Shown here: in pieces, positions 23,963 to 64,000 of the stretch
Numbering within the stretch: position 1 is the stretch's first letter
Layout: each line of letters begins with the position of its first letter
Source of the DNA: Tubulanus polymorphus
Lineage: Eukaryota; Animalia; Nemertea
Direction: 5' to 3'
Assembly: GCF_964204645.1 (NCBI RefSeq)
Contig: NC_134029.1
Location: forward strand, 2,108,001 to 2,172,000
DNA: 64,000 bases
Translations under genes and position numbers: made by a program
Notes under the pieces: model-generated
Database searches by the model: none
Seen by the model: only the letters and a program-made list of their open reading frames with translations
Told to the model about the DNA's origin: nothing

Positions 23963-24915
23963 TTATGATTGATTAAAATGAATCGTAGCAATTGTAACTG
24001 TAAATATGGACAATGAGAATGTATTCAGAGCAGATCCACCACTTGCCCTAACTTCAGAACATGACTGCAATCCATCCAAGAGACTGAGAATGTCTTTCGG
24101 GATCAAAGAACTCTTTTCGACGAACGAGCGACATCTATGCGCGATGGCTGTACCGTTTTTCTTGTTGAACAGGCCTATAAACAAACGGATTAAATGGTTG
24201 AGCCTTGGTTGGCGTGGTTGATACAAAGCAGATAGCACTTAAAGGGATATTTTGACGAATCGAACTCTAGGATTGCAAAATATTCTGACATACCAGTGAG
24301 GATTACTCGAGTCCCGACGTAGTTACCGAGCGATTCCATTGGGCATCTTTCATCATCCAATACCGTATTGAAATAAGTTCCCTTCAAGGCAACAATATAC
24401 AGTATTCTGTACGTCATACAACTGATTTTTTAACATACTCATCTGATGTCAAAATCAAGTGATACCTGGTATATTTTTGTGTCTGACGAAAGCAGATACA
24501 TGAATTTTCCATTCGTTCCGGCGGCTCTATGCAGTAACGTACCAACTATAACTTAGAACAATTGATGAATTCCATTATCTAATTAGCAATTCATTTTCTT
24601 TTTATTACTTTCGGTTTGAATCCATAGATCCTTGTATATGTTACATCGATATAAATATATAGCAGAGTTGGTATATATTTGTCGGGTTCTTATGGAAATG
24701 CATACATTGTATTGACTATTATATGATATGATAATTTGTGATAAATCTAAAAATCTCATTCACATTTATCACATGAAATAAATACCGAAATGATCCGCTC
24801 GACAGAAACTCGATTGCAGCATCGGTCTTGTATCATTTCCACAGGAACAAGGAGCAGTCTGTCCTGCAGCCAGTGAACTGGCCAACAGTAATGTCATTAG
24901 TATCTTGAATGTCAT
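23963..24915 (-). CDS. Single-domain TIMP-like (NTR fold) secreted protein with putative GPI signal, 171 aa
   Basis: Exons 24915-24786, 24551-24466, 24381-24294, 24174-23963 with GT/AG ends and matching phases (1,0,1). Translation: MTFKILMTLLLASSLAAGQTAPCSCGNDTRPMLQSSFCRADHFVIVGTLLHRAAGTNGKFMYLLSSDTKIYQGTYFNTVLDDERCPMESLGNYVGTRVILTGLFNKKNGTAIAHRCRSFVEKSSLIPKDILSLLDGLQSCSEVRASGGSALNTFSLSIFTVTIATIHFNQS*. CxC...Q..FCxAD motif, ILTG motif and six Cys at N-TIMP-like spacing. Confidence 0.82.
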
Positions 24916-25074
24916 AAAGAATACTTTAGGAAGAAAAGAACTGTAATGATAATGAATTAATAAACCAAAGGACTGAATGATATAGAAATAAACTCATCTA
25001 TCAGATTAATTTGTTACTACTTACGCGATGTAGTTTAATCTCATCTGCTGATCGAATGATATTCTGCGCAGTAT

Positions 25075-25127
25075 GAAAAACAGGAAGTTTCTTAATGTCA
25101 GAAAAAACAGGAAGTTTCTTAATGTCA
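25075..25127. repeat. Tandem duplication of ~26 bp containing CAGGAAGT, upstream of the TIMP-like gene
   Basis: gaaaaacaggaagtttcttaatgtca followed directly by gaaaaaacaggaagtttcttaatgtca. Confidence 0.75.
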
Positions 25128-27376
25128 CCTCACTATACCTTTCATTGAAAATGTGAAGAATTTGTTTATTGTTGTGCCTGAATTGACCTTCACAAATATA
25201 AAACAGGAATTCTATTGAAAACATTCGCAGTAGTTCGTTGAATAAATTTTTTGTGTCATGTTATCCTGATTTGCCTGTTATATCTTATTTGAGATTCAAA
25301 TCTACTGGCAGCTGAACGATGTGAATTTATTTGAAACCACGAAGAGAACGTATCTGCATCCGTAGAAAAAATATTTGATTAACGAAGATGCTGCTTTGGT
25401 TTGGCCTGAGCTTGGGCTATGATAGCGGCATGGAACGAGTTTTAACCAGAGATCTGTTAACCATAACGAAATAACTTCATGTGGAAATGTTTCCTCAATT
25501 TCTCCTTTCCTCGACGGAAATATTTATTCTTGATACAATCTTGCTGTCGTTTCCCCCACTGCAGAATGATGTGCTATCAGATTTGAGGTGTATTCGAGAC
25601 GATCTTCTCGACAACAGACAAGAGGCGAAAACAATTTTTCATTGCAAAAAAGATCTTATTTTCTTCAATGAATGTACAGCTCTATACAATAAGTATGCAT
25701 GGCGTCTTTGTTTTCCAGAAGTTATTGAAGCGAAAGCTAGTTGTGAATAGAATATCTTTTTCCTTCAGACATCATTTATTGCGAAATAGAATTACAACTA
25801 CGTTGCTTAGACAGTTATATAACCCTTGACAAGTTCTTATTATGTGCAGGGAGTGCCCAGGAACTTGATTCCGACCAGGAACTTAATTCAGAAATCATTA
25901 TTATTTTTGCTTGCTTTCTTAATGAATCATTTAGAAATATTGTATTCGCAGCTTCATCTACGAAATTAAACGAAATTAATCAACAGTTTCGTCATTCATC
26001 GCTACTCATCAAACACATAATCGCACTGTTAGCTAAAACAATTTGAAAGTATTTTCCTAGTTTGGGGTAATGCTGATTCAAATTACACGTTCACACAAAC
26101 AACACTTCCTACTAGCATGCATTCAAATATTTATCCTGTTCGTAGACATAATATTGTAATCAATTTATGTCACAGCTTTTAAAATCTTTATGGCTTTTCA
26201 TTTCAACGCTTCACTGAATATGAAACGACATAAACATTATATCTATACTGATCGTGTATTTTTCCCCAGAAAATCTATGACCTACTGAAAATAATTGCCA
26301 TTTAATGATACCGAATTGTTTGATATTCGATATCTCAATGGAATATGCCTATCTCAATGATACCTTTCACAAACAACTCACTTCTCAATCACTCACAGCC
26401 ACACTTATTAGCAATGCATAAAACTAGTAATTAGTAATGGAGTCGCCACTGATATGGGAAAAGCCAAAATACGAATAAAGAAAACATGAAACGAAAGATA
26501 TATGATGTATGTATTTTTCCAAAATATTCTGTTGTTTTGAAATGATTAAGTAAAAATTTGATTAAGTTTTTTGGTGAATCTGAATATTTGTGTGGAAATT
26601 GTTGATTTATGTAATATATGAGAGCCAGTCATTATCACATGAATGTCAACCTAAGATTGATAATATGCAAATCGATTCTCAATATTTACATAAGTATATA
26701 CATATTTACACGTAAAGCCGATTGACATACACGCATATATCAGGTGAGTAATATTTTGTACATTCATATTTGCAAATTACATGGCCACAATTGACATAAA
26801 CAACCATATAAGGAATTCAACGATCGTTCGACGAAGTTGTTGCATTAGCTTTATCAAAACATTGGTGTATATTGCATTGACATCAATTTTTTTCAGACAA
26901 GATAGTCATGCCTTAGTAGAACAAGTCGGTATTGCTACTTAATGTTAATATGTATTTTTAGATTAATAGTCAATAAGCACACCGATTCACCAATGAAAGC
27001 TGTTATCTCAAGAGAAATTCGATCAATGTCACTCTAACGAACGAATACACATCGCTACGGTCAATTGATGTGGTCATCAAATATATCTCGAACCTTATCA
27101 AAACTTGTTACTTCTCCCGCATCACATATGGTTAATTATAAGTATGTACATCGATCTGAGAAAGAAAACGTTTTCAATTCGAAAAAGGAGCTCGGTTATG
27201 ACCATCACTAACTTGAGCAGACATTTCACAAAGTTTACCCTTTTACCTCCTATCATAGAGCAGCAACGTATCTATAATTAGGAAGTAGATCAACGCTTTA
27301 TTTTCATTGTCGATTGGCTGAAAGTATTCTCAAATATTAATGAATAATTAAGATGTAACGGGTTTTATGTTGCGTT

Positions 27377-63729
<36,353 letters not shown>

Positions 63730-64000
63730 ATCAACTTCATGGCTCTAGCCCATCTTTTTTATTAAGTTCAAAACGGAGTTTGCTTATGAATCCCCAGCTT
63801 CGCGGCCAAAGTAGTTCGGTGCTCTTAAATGCGATGTCAAACGTTGTAACTGTAGTTTATGTTGTGGGATAACACGACGGAGCTCTCAACATGAATCGAT
63901 TGCCGCGACTGAACGTATGTGGCGAGTTTAAAATGCCGTTTCGCATTTCGTCCTGCGCTATCGATGAACGAATTGAAGCAAACTCGATTTAGCGCAAAAC

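Overview
AT-rich, intron-rich animal (invertebrate, probably lophotrochozoan-type) genomic DNA; the ORF track is mostly fragments because the genes are spliced. (1) 1-23.7 kb, + strand: 3' portion of a giant gene with 100 coding exons visible in the window (about 12.6 kb CDS, about 4,200 aa, 5' end outside the window). It encodes about 127 tandem ~30-aa six-cysteine antistasin-like modules that are extremely Lys/Arg-rich and almost free of Asp/Glu, four interspersed Kunitz domains (three lacking the Cys14-Cys38 disulfide), and a unique cationic/aromatic C-terminal tail. Every complete internal exon is phase 1-1. (2) 23.96-24.92 kb, - strand, tail-to-tail with it: a 4-exon, 171-aa single-domain TIMP-like protein with a signal peptide and a GPI-signal-like tail, not recognisable from the ORF track. 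(3) 27.4-63.7 kb, - strand: an Rdl-like GABA-gated chloride channel subunit (8 coding exons, about 574 aa) whose signal-peptide exon appears to lie beyond a ~30-kb intron. (4) That intron contains a decayed intronless class A GPCR pseudogene, a (TA)66 microsatellite and small inverted repeats. The best candidate for an undescribed system is the giant polycationic antistasin/Kunitz bead-chain protein, possibly a secreted structural or defensive biomaterial, together with its neighbouring atypical TIMP. All exon calls and counts were made by eye.
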